A DNA stretch of 64,000 nucleotides from a virus (taxonomy: Duplodnaviria; Heunggongvirae; Uroviricota; Caudoviricetes). A program made the position numbers and the translations under genes. The notes under the pieces are model-generated. The model was not told the origin of the DNA. It saw only the letters and a list, made by a program, of their open reading frames with translations, and did not search any database. Location of the stretch: IMG/VR virus record IMGVR_UViG_3300042890_003920; one strand, 5' to 3'. This document shows positions 9,338-18,643 of the stretch, one piece after another (the first letter of the stretch is position 1; each line of letters begins with the position of its first letter).

Positions 9338-10165
9338 TTTTAATCCTTTTATGACAGTTGTTCCTGCACCAAAGACGTTGTTATTACCATAACGTGATAC
9401 ACCTTTATCAGCCCACTTCTCTTCAATCTCAAGTTCTTTCAATCTCAAGATTGCTGGTTGAGACATAAGTGCTTTAGCTTTCGTATCATACTCAGCTGTT
9501 TCAAAACGTCCTCTAGCTGCTTCTACTGTAGATGCTGCGATATTTGTTTCATAAGCTTTCAATTTCTCTGCTTTCAAGTTAAGTTGCTCTTGTTCTTGTT
9601 TAGCGATAATAGCTGAAGCAATAGCAGATGGTAAATCAACATCGGTAACTTCGGCAAATGCAACGTGAATATTTTCTTTAGCTAGTGAAGTTCTAATACT
9701 TGTTTCGATTTCACTTTCAACGTTTTCACGTTTAGCTCCATATATTTGTTCGTATCCATATCTACCGATAGCATCTTTAATAGCTCCGGATGATTGTACA
9801 TCAATTACACTGGCTTCATAGCCTGGTCCGTGTTTAAGGTGGACAGATGGTGATTTACCTCGTAGTAAAGCGGCAGATACGGTTACAGATACGGTTACTT
9901 CGGTTCCGTCTTTATCAAGTACTTTGGCGGTGTACTTATAAGATTTATATTGTACATTATAGGTAATCATTTCTTTCCAAGGAAGGTATGGTGTATACCC
10001 TTCACTATAGGTCATGGTTTTATCGATACCGCCGCCGAAGCTATCGAAGAGGAAACCTTCTTCTCCGGGTTTGATTGTTTTACCACTAAAGGCAAAGATT
10101 AAGAATGTGATTACAAGACCGAGTCCTGCTAAAATTTTTACAATTGTAGAAAAGTTTAAGTTCAT
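9335..10165 (-). CDS. SPFH/band-7 (stomatin/prohibitin-like) membrane protein
   Basis: N-terminal TM helix, SPFH-like core, C-terminal coiled-coil/Ala-rich region; operon with small membrane partner. Confidence 0.7.
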   Translation of the reverse strand: MNLNFSTIVKILAGLGLVITFLIFAFSGKTIKPGEEGFLFDSFGGGIDKTMTYSEGYTPYLPWKEMITYNVQYKSYKYTAKVLDKDGTEVTVSVTVSAALLRGKSPSVHLKHGPGYEASVIDVQSSGAIKDAIGRYGYEQIYGAKRENVESEIETSIRTSLAKENIHVAFAEVTDVDLPSAIASAIIAKQEQEQLNLKAEKLKAYETNIAASTVEAARGRFETAEYDTKAKALMSQPAILRLKELEIEEKWADKGVSRYGNNNVFGAGTTVIKGLK

Positions 10166-10380
10166 TATTTTTTTGTTTTTTTTGTTATTAAATATTGTTG
10201 AAAGTCAGGATATTTGAAGATTGCCCATATGGAACCTAATGTTCCTAAAATTCCTATGATTTTAAGAGGTCTGGCGAGTCTTAGCATTTCGATTGATAGA
10301 AATAATAGGAAAGCTACTATTACCATATAAGCCATAAAGACAAAGATGTTGTCACGTGCTGATTTAAAGTATTTGTTCAT
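10165..10380 (-). CDS. small 2-TM membrane protein, likely SPFH partner (NfeD-like role)
   Basis: ATGA overlap with SPFH gene; host-type -7 box at 10399..10406. Confidence 0.5.
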   Translation of the reverse strand: MNKYFKSARDNIFVFMAYMVIVAFLLFLSIEMLRLARPLKIIGILGTLGSIWAIFKYPDFQQYLITKKTKK

Positions 10381-10398
10381 ATTTTTTAATTTGTTTTA

Positions 10399-10406
10399 CA
10401 AAGATA
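10399..10406 (-). promoter_or_regulatory. sigmaA-type -7 box TATCTTTG
   Basis: about 12 nt upstream of ATG 10380. Confidence 0.5.
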
Positions 10407-10431
10407 GGTATAAAAATTGAATAACCTAACT

Positions 10432-10818
10432 TTACTCTAATATTTTATTTAATTGTTTATCTCTATATAATTCAATAGAGAATAATTGTTTTATATTTTC
10501 TTTTGTTAGTTCGATATATTGTTTACCTTCCTTAAGCATTGCTCTATCTTTTATTCTTCTTAAAGCTTCTTTAACATCTACTGATAATGATAATGTAGAA
10601 TTATCAACACCTTCTTTTAATACTGGTTCTTGCCATACAGGATGAGTATAAACTTTATAGTTATCTATATCAAATGAGAGTTTAAGTGTTTCGAGTGATA
10701 TAATAGGTTCTGTTGAAAGACTTATATTTTGGTGGAGTTTTTCTAGGTCTTGATCTTTCGTTTCTAGATTGATAGTATATGGAAGTTGCATCATTGTTAT
10801 GATTGCGTCTATTGTCAT
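10432..10818 (-). CDS. hypothetical protein with family-B tail (ELYRDKQLNKILE)
   Basis: C-terminal motif. Confidence 0.55.
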   Translation of the reverse strand: MTIDAIITMMQLPYTINLETKDQDLEKLHQNISLSTEPIISLETLKLSFDIDNYKVYTHPVWQEPVLKEGVDNSTLSLSVDVKEALRRIKDRAMLKEGKQYIELTKENIKQLFSIELYRDKQLNKILE

Positions 10819-11006
10819 AGTATTTGATTTAGTTTATCTTCTCTTAATTCTTGTACAGTAGCAAAGTTTACTTTGTGATACCGAGAAGAGTTCCAAGGTA
10901 TATCAGTATGGTTTTCTAATTGGAATGATTGTGAGGAGGAAAGTATTACCTTATACCATTCTCCTTTTATCAGAAATCTTGAACCTCTTACACACAGAAC
11001 TTTCAT
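10815..11006 (-). CDS. family-B small protein (MKVLCVRGS...LREDKLNQIL)
   Basis: MKVxCV start, G.WYKV, C-terminal tail. Confidence 0.6.
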   Translation of the reverse strand: MKVLCVRGSRFLIKGEWYKVILSSSQSFQLENHTDIPWNSSRYHKVNFATVQELREDKLNQIL

Positions 11007-11022
11007 ATGGTTTATTTATTTG

Positions 11023-11122
11023 TAGTCAGGACAGGATTCGAACCTGTATGTAACTTTATGTTTCCACTCCGTCTATAGTTACTACGGTATACTTAGCGTC
11101 TTACCAATTCCGCCACCTGACT
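11023..11122 (-). tRNA. tRNA (class-II-like, isotype undetermined; D-arm resembles tRNA-Leu)
   Basis: 7-bp acceptor AGTCAGG/CCTGACT, D-arm GCG-GAATTGGTAAGA-CGC, T-arm ACAGG-TTCGAAT-CCTGT; about 99 nt with a non-canonical anticodon/variable region; own -7 box at 11187..11194. Confidence 0.65.
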
Positions 11123-11186
11123 AAAAATGAGAGTTCCATACTTCCGGGAAGTCACTCACAACCCACCTGCTTCTTTGTTTACTTTA

Positions 11187-11194
11187 CAAAGATA
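11187..11194 (-). promoter_or_regulatory. sigmaA-type -7 box TATCTTTG upstream of tRNA
   Basis: motif about 58 nt upstream of mature 5' end; leader contains cttccgggaag palindrome. Confidence 0.45.
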
Positions 11195-11208
11195 TGATAT
11201 ATATTTGA

Positions 11209-11442
11209 TTATATAATCTTATTTATTTGTTGTTCTCTCCATTTATCTAATTCCATAAAGTATTTCATCATGTAAGCATAGTACTGGTTATTATCATCAG
11301 TAATCCATACTGCTATATCACCATCTAAAGAAAATATCTTATCTACGGTATAAACTTTCTGTAGGGTTAGACCATCTATTTTAACACCATCAGGATAATG
11401 TTTGTTGATGGCTATATTATTTATACAAATGATTTGGTTCAT
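11209..11442 (-). CDS. family-B small protein (…LDKWREQQINKII)
   Basis: C-terminal tail motif. Confidence 0.55.
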   Translation of the reverse strand: MNQIICINNIAINKHYPDGVKIDGLTLQKVYTVDKIFSLDGDIAVWITDDNNQYYAYMMKYFMELDKWREQQINKII

Positions 11443-11450
11443 TATGGTAA

Positions 11451-11666
11451 CTATATTCCTATTTGTTTTAATTTTTGTAATCGATTATTAAGTTTTATTT
11501 GGTCTTCGTGTATTTCTAGTTCAGATTCAACGAATGGGAAATTAGAGTTCTCGACATAAACAAATAAAGCATCTATATTAGTTATAATACGTCTTGTGCC
11601 GGGAATACTTTTAATCTTTACTATATCACCAACATTCATATTAGTCAATGTTTTGAAATTCTTCAA
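11451..11666 (-). CDS. hypothetical small protein (tail …NNRLQKLKQIGI)
   Basis: ORF 71 aa; weaker family-B tail. Confidence 0.5.
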   Translation of the reverse strand: MKNFKTLTNMNVGDIVKIKSIPGTRRIITNIDALFVYVENSNFPFVESELEIHEDQIKLNNRLQKLKQIGI

Positions 11667-11952
11667 CTGCTAAGTTATATGCGTCTTGTAGATTTTTATC
11701 TGCAGGTCTATTGATAGTTTTGATTAGTTTTAATACTTGACTATGTTTTAACAAACCTTGTTTGATTTGATTATCAGTAGGGTTGTGGTATCTATTTACA
11801 ACCTTTAACAGAGACTTAAACTGTTCTGCTAATGAAGTAGCAGTATGTGCCAGTTTTAGTTCTTCTAAAGCTTTATTATAAGTAAAGTTAGTTGCTTTGA
11901 AGTTATTCATTTCTTCTTTATGTATTTCTTGTAATTCTTTGATAGATGTCAT
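11641..11952 (-). CDS. hypothetical helical protein
   Basis: ORF 103 aa; -7 box TATCTTTG at 11972..11979. Confidence 0.5.
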   Translation of the reverse strand: MTSIKELQEIHKEEMNNFKATNFTYNKALEELKLAHTATSLAEQFKSLLKVVNRYHNPTDNQIKQGLLKHSQVLKLIKTINRPADKNLQDAYNLAVEEFQNID

Positions 11953-12009
11953 ATGTCGTTATTTAATACAACAAAGATATGGATATTATTTTATAATATA
12001 TACATTATT

Positions 12010-12456
12010 ATGAAACATTTAAAAAAATTTAATGAAAGTTTAGAACCAGTTGAGATCGATGAGTTAAAAGACTTCTGTGAGACATCACTCGCTTATCTAT
12101 TAGATGATGGGTATCAAGTTAGTGTATATGAATCAAGATTTAAAGATGTATCTGTAAGAGATAAAGTAAAGTATCCTGAGAAAGAACATACAATTGTAAG
12201 TTTGGGTTTAAAAGGAAAAATGGGTTATAGGTTATTCGATTGGAATGATATAAAAGATTATTACATACCATTTCTTCAAATGTTAGTAAGAAGATATGAA
12301 TTACTACCTTTCGGAATGTATGATAAGATTTGTTATTTTAATACCGAAGGTGGTTTTAGATATTTATCATTAGATCAAGTTATAAATGATAGGGTTGGCT
12401 CAGAACTTGGTAGTCGTTTGTGGGGAATAAATATAATGATAGTAGATAAGATATGA
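12010..12456 (+). CDS. family-A protein (MKHLKKFNES…DFCETSLAYLLDDG…WNDIKDYYIPFL)
   Basis: true start at ATGAAACAT directly after TAATATATACATTATT motif; ORF-track N-extension rejected. Confidence 0.7.
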   Translation: MKHLKKFNESLEPVEIDELKDFCETSLAYLLDDGYQVSVYESRFKDVSVRDKVKYPEKEHTIVSLGLKGKMGYRLFDWNDIKDYYIPFLQMLVRRYELLPFGMYDKICYFNTEGGFRYLSLDQVINDRVGSELGSRLWGINIMIVDKI

Positions 12457-12893
12457 AACATTTGAAAAGATATAATGAAAGTTTACAACCTAATGAGGTT
12501 GACGAGTTAAAAGACTTCTGTGAGACTTCATTGGCTTATCTATTAGATGATGGATATAATGTTGATGTTTCTATAAGAAATTCAGTAGGGTATCCAGGAA
12601 ATAATCAAGTAATCGTAAGTTTGGGTTTACCTACATATAGTGAAAGTGGTTTACTGGATTATAAAAGGTTCCATTGGAATGATGTAAAAGATTATTACAT
12701 ACCATTTCTTCAAATCTTAGTAAGAAGATATGAGTTGCTGCCTTATAGAGGTGAGGGTTATGTTTATTTTAATGGTGAGATGGGATTTGACTATTTCTCA
12801 TTAGATGAAGTAATAGATGATACGGTCAGTGGTATGAATCACATTGGTAGTAGTTTATGGGGTATAAATATAAAAATAGTAGATAAGATATAA
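12453..12893 (+). CDS. family-A protein, recent tandem duplicate of previous
   Basis: high nucleotide identity of first about 100 bp to 12010..; ATGA overlap. Confidence 0.7.
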   Translation: MKHLKRYNESLQPNEVDELKDFCETSLAYLLDDGYNVDVSIRNSVGYPGNNQVIVSLGLPTYSESGLLDYKRFHWNDVKDYYIPFLQILVRRYELLPYRGEGYVYFNGEMGFDYFSLDEVIDDTVSGMNHIGSSLWGINIKIVDKI

Positions 12894-12958
12894 ACTATCT
12901 CCTTGAGACATATACACCCAGACTCAAACTTTTTAAAAATAATTTTAATATATACATT

Positions 12959-13735
12959 ATGAAATACTGTAGAAAACAAAGTGTAAGTTCAGGAAGAACT
13001 TTACGCTATATTAAAAGTTTTAATCAAACACTTGAGAACTACTCAACTGTTGCCAATACATTTAGAGGATTACGACCATCTATTAAAAATCTTGCCATAT
13101 TAACCGCACAGAACCCACATGGTGAGCAACATTCAAATGAGTTTAACAAATCTGCGAACCAAGAACTTGAAGAGGTTCTATCTAAAGCTAAATTAGGTTA
13201 TAAAAAGGTTAAAGGTTCGTATGTTCAAAAAGAGAAATCATTTATTGTTTTTAATATACCTTATGCAGTAGCTATAGAAATTGGTACAAGATTTAAACAA
13301 GATAGTATTATCTATGGTGAGATTAACGATAAACAAAGTTATGATGATGATGAATCAATGTTATTTAAAATTATAGGAACTGATCAAAGTAAGCCAGAAG
13401 AATATAAGAAAGTTTTGGCAGAAACTAGTGTTTTTGTTAGTAGAGATAATGCGGATGATTTTTATAGTGAGATTAAAGGTAGGAAATTTATATTACCATT
13501 TTATGATGTGATTGATCAATCTGATGATCCTACGATACTTAATATAAAAAAGGATTATACTGGAAGTAAATGGAAAGGTGGTAAAGCGGAACCTACATCA
13601 ACAACAACTTATCGACTTCCTGATTGGTTATTAAAATGGCAGCAAGATCAAAGGATAAAAGAACATGAGGAAAAACATTCAATGTACAATAAATCCAAAA
13701 AACCTTTCATTAGAAAGGTAACTGGTGATAACTAA
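12959..13735 (+). CDS. hypothetical protein, 258 aa
   Basis: ORF preceded by aattttaatatatacatt motif. Confidence 0.55.
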   Translation: MKYCRKQSVSSGRTLRYIKSFNQTLENYSTVANTFRGLRPSIKNLAILTAQNPHGEQHSNEFNKSANQELEEVLSKAKLGYKKVKGSYVQKEKSFIVFNIPYAVAIEIGTRFKQDSIIYGEINDKQSYDDDESMLFKIIGTDQSKPEEYKKVLAETSVFVSRDNADDFYSEIKGRKFILPFYDVIDQSDDPTILNIKKDYTGSKWKGGKAEPTSTTTYRLPDWLLKWQQDQRIKEHEEKHSMYNKSKKPFIRKVTGDN

Positions 13736-13749
13736 AAGTAAAGTATAAT

Positions 13750-15000
13750 ATGATACAATCTATAATAGGAACAAGTTTTACCGGAGGTTATAATCCACCT
13801 TTACCATTTGACATAACTGCTAACTGGAGTTTGACAACACCTGCTGTTGTAGATGAGGTATCTTTTAAAACTTTTCTAGAAAGTGGTGAAGATGGAGATG
13901 ATGAGACAAATGAGTTAACAGGTGTAGTCATTACTGACTTCTTACTTGAAGGAAACAGGTTAACTTGTAATCTTTCTGCTAGTGGTTATAATTTTTACCT
14001 TAGTTATACAGAAGTTTCAGTTGTAAATAGTATAGGTAATATTGTAGGATTAGAAAATTTGAATTTAAGTGTTAATCAAATAACATCATTCGATCCCTCT
14101 ATTGCATTACCTAGTTCATTACTTAGTTTAGCTTTAGGTGTCAATCAAATAACATCATTCGATCCCTCTATTGCTTTACCTAGCAGTTTACAACAATTAA
14201 GTTTAAGTGATAATCAATTAACATCATTTGATCCCTCTATTACTTTGCCTAGCAGTTTACAACAATTAAGTTTAAGTGATAATCAATTAACATCATTTGA
14301 TCCCTCTATTGCTTTACCTAATTCATTGTTAGAATTAAGTTTAAGTTATAATCAAGTATCGATGAACTTTACCCCAAGTTTACCATTACCCAGTTCATTA
14401 CAATATTTAAGCTTGGATAATTCTAATATAGTTACATTTGATCCAGCATATGATTTGCCTAGCAGTTTACAACAATTAAGTTTAAGTGATAATCAAATAG
14501 TGAATTTTACTCCAAGTAACTCGCTTGGGGGTGGATTACAATATTTAGATTTAAGTGATAATCAAATAGTAACATTTGATCCTGTTGCAGCATTACCAAG
14601 TTCATTACAATCAATATTCTTAAACCGCAATCAAATTGTGACATTTGATCCCACTATAGCTTTACCTACTGGATTAACAAGTTTAGATTTAACTGGTAAT
14701 CAAATTGTGACATTTGATCCCACTATAGCTTTACCTACTGGATTATTATACTTACAATTAGCGGATAATCAAATTGTTACATTTGATCCTAGCATTACGT
14801 TACCAAATTCATTAATTGTTTTAAATTTAGTTAATAATCAAATGACAACAGCTGGTTATACTGCATCTGAACCATGGGCAAATGCTATGTCTGTGATTCC
14901 TGGGAGAGGTAGTGTATATTTTGGTGCTAATCCAAATTCTGTAAGTGGAACAAATCTTGGAACAATATTACAATCTAAAGGTTGGAGTGTAAACGTATAA
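13750..15000 (+). CDS. leucine-rich-repeat protein (about 24-aa LRR units, L..L.LS.NQITSFDPS)
   Basis: about ten tandem LRR units encoded by 72-bp DNA repeats 14070..14830; N-terminus MIQSIIGTSFTGGYNP shared with next gene. Confidence 0.65.
   Translation: MIQSIIGTSFTGGYNPPLPFDITANWSLTTPAVVDEVSFKTFLESGEDGDDETNELTGVVITDFLLEGNRLTCNLSASGYNFYLSYTEVSVVNSIGNIVGLENLNLSVNQITSFDPSIALPSSLLSLALGVNQITSFDPSIALPSSLQQLSLSDNQLTSFDPSITLPSSLQQLSLSDNQLTSFDPSIALPNSLLELSLSYNQVSMNFTPSLPLPSSLQYLSLDNSNIVTFDPAYDLPSSLQQLSLSDNQIVNFTPSNSLGGGLQYLDLSDNQIVTFDPVAALPSSLQSIFLNRNQIVTFDPTIALPTGLTSLDLTGNQIVTFDPTIALPTGLLYLQLADNQIVTFDPSITLPNSLIVLNLVNNQMTTAGYTASEPWANAMSVIPGRGSVYFGANPNSVSGTNLGTILQSKGWSVNV
14070..14830 (+). repeat. 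tandem about 72-bp coding repeats (LRR units)
   Basis: repeated …aatcaaataacatcattcgatccctctattgctttacctag… blocks. Confidence 0.7.
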
Positions 15001-15014
15001 AAATAAAGTATAAT

Positions 15015-15752
15015 ATGATACAATCTATAATAGGAACAAGTTTTACAGGAGGTTATAATCCACAAGGTCCATCATTTAGACTTATGTTTACAGATATAAG
15101 TTTTGCTAATACCCTAGTAGGGGATGCGTCAAATGTTAATGATTGGAATACATATTTAGATTTACCTCTTTTGGGTACACCTTTCACTAGTGTAAACGTT
15201 AGTGGTGATGAAGTGTCTTTGTATGGCGGAGTAGGTATTACATTAAAAACTTCTGCATTTACTATTAATCTAAAAAAAAATGAAGTTCCTTATTTAGTTT
15301 CTGTAGATGATGAAAGTGGAGTGATTGTGGAATTACAAGAAGAAACTTTTTCAAGTCAATCATTATTAACAACTGTATCTTTACCACAACTAATTACTGC
15401 AGATATTTTCTGTTTTAATGGTTGTGACAATTTAGCCATTATTAATTTACCACAGTTAACAACTGCAGGTGTTGGCTGTTTTAATACTTGTGACAATTTA
15501 GCCATTATTAATTTACCACAGTTAACAACTGCAGGTGCTGGATGCTTTGCTGGTTGTAGTTTAACAACAGTAACATTACCTCTCTGTACAAACTTAGGTG
15601 GCGGTGTTTTAAATGATAATGTGTTTTCAGACATAATTGGAAACACAATTTCTTTAACTATACCTGAGTCTTTAATGACTTGTAATTCAGGAAATCCAGA
15701 TGGTGATATTCAATACTTGCAGGCAAATAACACAGTAACAATAATAAGTTAG
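15015..15752 (+). CDS. BspA-type LRR protein, N-terminal paralog of 13750..15000
   Basis: identical first 16 aa and upstream aaagtataat; internal repeat LPQLTTAG.GCF..CDNLAIINLPQLTTAG. Confidence 0.6.
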   Translation: MIQSIIGTSFTGGYNPQGPSFRLMFTDISFANTLVGDASNVNDWNTYLDLPLLGTPFTSVNVSGDEVSLYGGVGITLKTSAFTINLKKNEVPYLVSVDDESGVIVELQEETFSSQSLLTTVSLPQLITADIFCFNGCDNLAIINLPQLTTAGVGCFNTCDNLAIINLPQLTTAGAGCFAGCSLTTVTLPLCTNLGGGVLNDNVFSDIIGNTISLTIPESLMTCNSGNPDGDIQYLQANNTVTIIS

Positions 15753-15757
15753 ATTCA

Positions 15758-15825
15758 TTTAACAGAACTCTTGTAGTTCTTCTTTGAAGGTGTCACCTAC
15801 TAAATGGTTTTAAATGTTTCATATA
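15758..15825 (-). pseudogene. remnant of the 5' end of a family-A gene
   Basis: sequence cagaactcttgtagttcttctttgaaggtgtcacctac…aaatgtttcat almost identical to 17342..17406 (start of 16870..17406), followed by a stop. Confidence 0.55.
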
Positions 15826-16824
15826 TTATCGTTTACCTTTGAATGATTCAAATGTTTTAATCCATTTTTTATTAGAAGTTTTTTCCATAGTTAAATCAGG
15901 ATTACCTAAGATTCTTTTTATAATCTCAAACGCTTCTTCTTTAGTTTTACCAGCTATTTCTTTATTTATTTGACCAATCTGTGGACCTTTTGCACCATAT
16001 TTCATAATGTCTTGTGCAGTGAATAAAACAGGAGCTTTCTCTGCTTTAATCTCAACTAATTCTGATTTTTTGAATTGGTCTTTCAATGGGCATTCTTCAT
16101 CCCATTTATCATAAGATGGATTATCCCATTTTAAAGATTCTGCATTAAAGTCATTACCCATATTATCCATTTTAGAAAATACACATAACTTATAAAAAGA
16201 TTTAGCTTTTTCATTATTATCAACACCAGGAGCATCCGCGAATATTTTAAATCTTGTGTTTGGATTTAATTCACCACCTTCTGATGGTCCACCAGTCACA
16301 CTTGCCAACCAACCTTTAATAACCATATGTTTTGCACATATATAAACAACTAACTCATTCGCACCACCTGCAGAAGCTGACTCGGCACCTGCTTTATCAT
16401 GACCTAAAGAAGTTGGCCATCCCATCTTATTAAAAGAAACAGTATCAAACTTGGCTATATCGTGATAAAGTGCTGCAGTAATCAAATCTTGATCATTAGT
16501 TTCAATTCCTCTACTCATAACTATCTTAATATGAACTAAAGAGTTTCTTTCTGGATGCCACTTAGGATTTTCATTTATATAAACATTTCTAAGTAATTGT
16601 TTTTTTAAATCTGTGCCTAAACCACCAATAAGTGAATCACACTGATCAAAAGCACCTTTATACTTATTCTCTAGTTCCATACTAACTTGTTTTTCGGTTC
16701 TCATAGATTCTGATTTGCCTAAAGCTTCATCAACTATTGTTTGTTGTACATCATTCAAAGAAACACCTTCAAGTGGATCGACATTCCACTGATCTTTTAT
16801 TGTTTTTGCATTATCACTTTCCAT
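15826..16824 (-). CDS. HD-domain phosphohydrolase
   Basis: H…HD…H…D signature (VHIKIV…AALYHDIAKF…SLGHDKAG). Confidence 0.6.
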   Translation of the reverse strand: MESDNAKTIKDQWNVDPLEGVSLNDVQQTIVDEALGKSESMRTEKQVSMELENKYKGAFDQCDSLIGGLGTDLKKQLLRNVYINENPKWHPERNSLVHIKIVMSRGIETNDQDLITAALYHDIAKFDTVSFNKMGWPTSLGHDKAGAESASAGGANELVVYICAKHMVIKGWLASVTGGPSEGGELNPNTRFKIFADAPGVDNNEKAKSFYKLCVFSKMDNMGNDFNAESLKWDNPSYDKWDEECPLKDQFKKSELVEIKAEKAPVLFTAQDIMKYGAKGPQIGQINKEIAGKTKEEAFEIIKRILGNPDLTMEKTSNKKWIKTFESFKGKR

Positions 16825-16869
16825 AAAATATTATTTTTTTTATTGTTCTTTTTTCTAATAGACTATATA

Positions 16870-17406
16870 TTATTTAAAGAATGATTTTAATTTGGTTAGA
16901 ACAGATTTATTTTCTTGTTTATATCCATCTATTATAAATTCAAACTCTGTTATATAAGATTCTAAAACATCATCAGTATCAGTATCATAATAAAGACCTG
17001 ATTTTATATCATCATTGATTAGTTTATTTACTTGGTAAAATAATTCTGTTTTACGATGAGGCCAGTGTTGTCTAGCAGCTTCTAAGTCACGTGTTACTTC
17101 TATTATGACATCTTTTTTATTTTTACGAGTATGTCCCATTTGTCTAGCATATTGTTTAAGTTCATATTGATTAGTAAGTCTGGTTAAGAATGGTATCATA
17201 TGGTCTTTTATATCGGACCATAATCTAGGATTCTCATTTAATTCTAGTGTAAGTTTGAAACTTAAACCTAAACCACTTCTAACTAACGTTATAGAAATAT
17301 TTAATTCTTCATCTAATAGATAAGCTAGATTCATTTCACAGAAGTCTTGTAGTTCTTCTTTGAAGGTGTCACCTACTGCTTCATTGAATGGTTTAATATG
17401 TTTCAT
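16870..17406 (-). CDS. family-A protein (MKHIKPFNEA…DFCEMNLAYLLDEE…WSDIKDHMIPFL)
   Basis: family motifs. Confidence 0.65.
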   Translation of the reverse strand: MKHIKPFNEAVGDTFKEELQDFCEMNLAYLLDEELNISITLVRSGLGLSFKLTLELNENPRLWSDIKDHMIPFLTRLTNQYELKQYARQMGHTRKNKKDVIIEVTRDLEAARQHWPHRKTELFYQVNKLINDDIKSGLYYDTDTDDVLESYITEFEFIIDGYKQENKSVLTKLKSFFK

Positions 17407-17408
17407 AT

Positions 17409-18635
17409 TTAGAGAATGAATTTATTTACAATACTAGATATTTGACTGGCTCCATTTTTACATATATCATGGTGTTCTACTCCTGGTATAACTGTTAAAG
17501 ATGTTTTATCATTAGGAAAATTACCTTTGTCATCTTTTTCAGCTTGTTCCTTAGTAAGTACACCTGAGTCTGTTTTACCAGCTCTAATAATTAAACACTC
17601 AACACTATCATCTAACTTTTCTATTTCTTTTGGATCTCTCTGTAATGATCCAACCATACCAATCGCTTGACTGTGTAAGAAATCTATATTATATTTTCTA
17701 TCTCCATTTTCTATATCACAATAGTAGTTCTTTTTATCTGATGAATCAAATTTATCTTCTACTATCCAAACATTATTAGGATTTTTAATACCTGATGAAG
17801 TAATAATTGATTTGATGTATTCAATAGATGTTTTACCATCATTTGTTGGTATTTCTTCTTGCTTCACACCTTTTTTCCAAACTGATGATGGATTAGTTTT
17901 ACTAGGATAATGTTTACCTACTCTTTCTGTGAATGGTTCATCTATGAATTCAATTACAAGTTCTTTTGTTGCTCTCCATTTTTCATAATCTGATTGTAAT
18001 TTGAATTCAAAATCTGATAGTTTTGCTTTACTAAAATCAAAATCTGATGGATTTTTTTTATGTACTTCTGGTTTATATGTATATTTGAATTGAATAATTT
18101 CGTCTTTTGTTGGATTAGTTTGAGAATCTTTTTCATAAAAAGGAAAGGTAACACAATTATACCTTCTCATTGTGTTATTTTTCATTGTTGTACTTACATA
18201 TTTATCAGGTGCTATTGCATTAGGAGCGGCAGCATCTATACATATAAATTTACCTTTGAAATCTGATCCTAATTCTTTAATTATCCAAAATCCAAAAGTT
18301 GTACCCATTGAAAATCCTAGAATAGATAAATTAGGATATGATTTTAATTGTTTTGCGATTTCCTTACATCTATCTTTACCATTATCTTTAACGTTCTCAT
18401 CATATGAAAATGTTATTAAGTTAAATGTTTCTTTTAACAGAGAAGCAAGTACCTCGTAATCATCTATTGGATTACCACCACCACCTGGAATTAAAAGAAG
18501 TGTTGGTTTATTTTTATCATTATCTGATTCTATTGGATAAGGTTGAATAATAAATTTCTCAGGTGATAATTTTTCTTTATTATCTTCTAATATAAGTCTA
18601 AATTGTTTATATAACTTTAAGTGTTTCATAATCAT
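17409..18635 (-). CDS. alpha/beta-hydrolase-fold protein with family-A N-terminus (MIMKHLKLYKQF)
   Basis: GFSMG nucleophile-elbow motif, LLLIPGGGGN; 408 aa. Confidence 0.55.
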   Translation of the reverse strand: MIMKHLKLYKQFRLILEDNKEKLSPEKFIIQPYPIESDNDKNKPTLLLIPGGGGNPIDDYEVLASLLKETFNLITFSYDENVKDNGKDRCKEIAKQLKSYPNLSILGFSMGTTFGFWIIKELGSDFKGKFICIDAAAPNAIAPDKYVSTTMKNNTMRRYNCVTFPFYEKDSQTNPTKDEIIQFKYTYKPEVHKKNPSDFDFSKAKLSDFEFKLQSDYEKWRATKELVIEFIDEPFTERVGKHYPSKTNPSSVWKKGVKQEEIPTNDGKTSIEYIKSIITSSGIKNPNNVWIVEDKFDSSDKKNYYCDIENGDRKYNIDFLHSQAIGMVGSLQRDPKEIEKLDDSVECLIIRAGKTDSGVLTKEQAEKDDKGNFPNDKTSLTVIPGVEHHDICKNGASQISSIVNKFIL

Positions 18636-18643
18636 TAATTTTT

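Noticed and set aside
11953-12009. N-terminal extensions proposed by the ORF track for family-A genes (11953, 14982, 38531, 50989, 61924)
   Set aside because: In every case the conserved MK[HY]LKxFNE start and its promoter motif lie downstream. The extensions are AT-rich read-through of intergenic DNA.
14070-14830. Possible CRISPR array, because of regular about 72-bp repeats
   Set aside because: The repeats are in frame within a long ORF encoding LRR units. There are no unique spacers and no cas genes nearby.
17954-18459. Three small ORFs antisense or overlapping within the alpha/beta hydrolase gene
   Set aside because: They are AT-rich frame artefacts overlapping a 408-aa gene with recognisable motifs.
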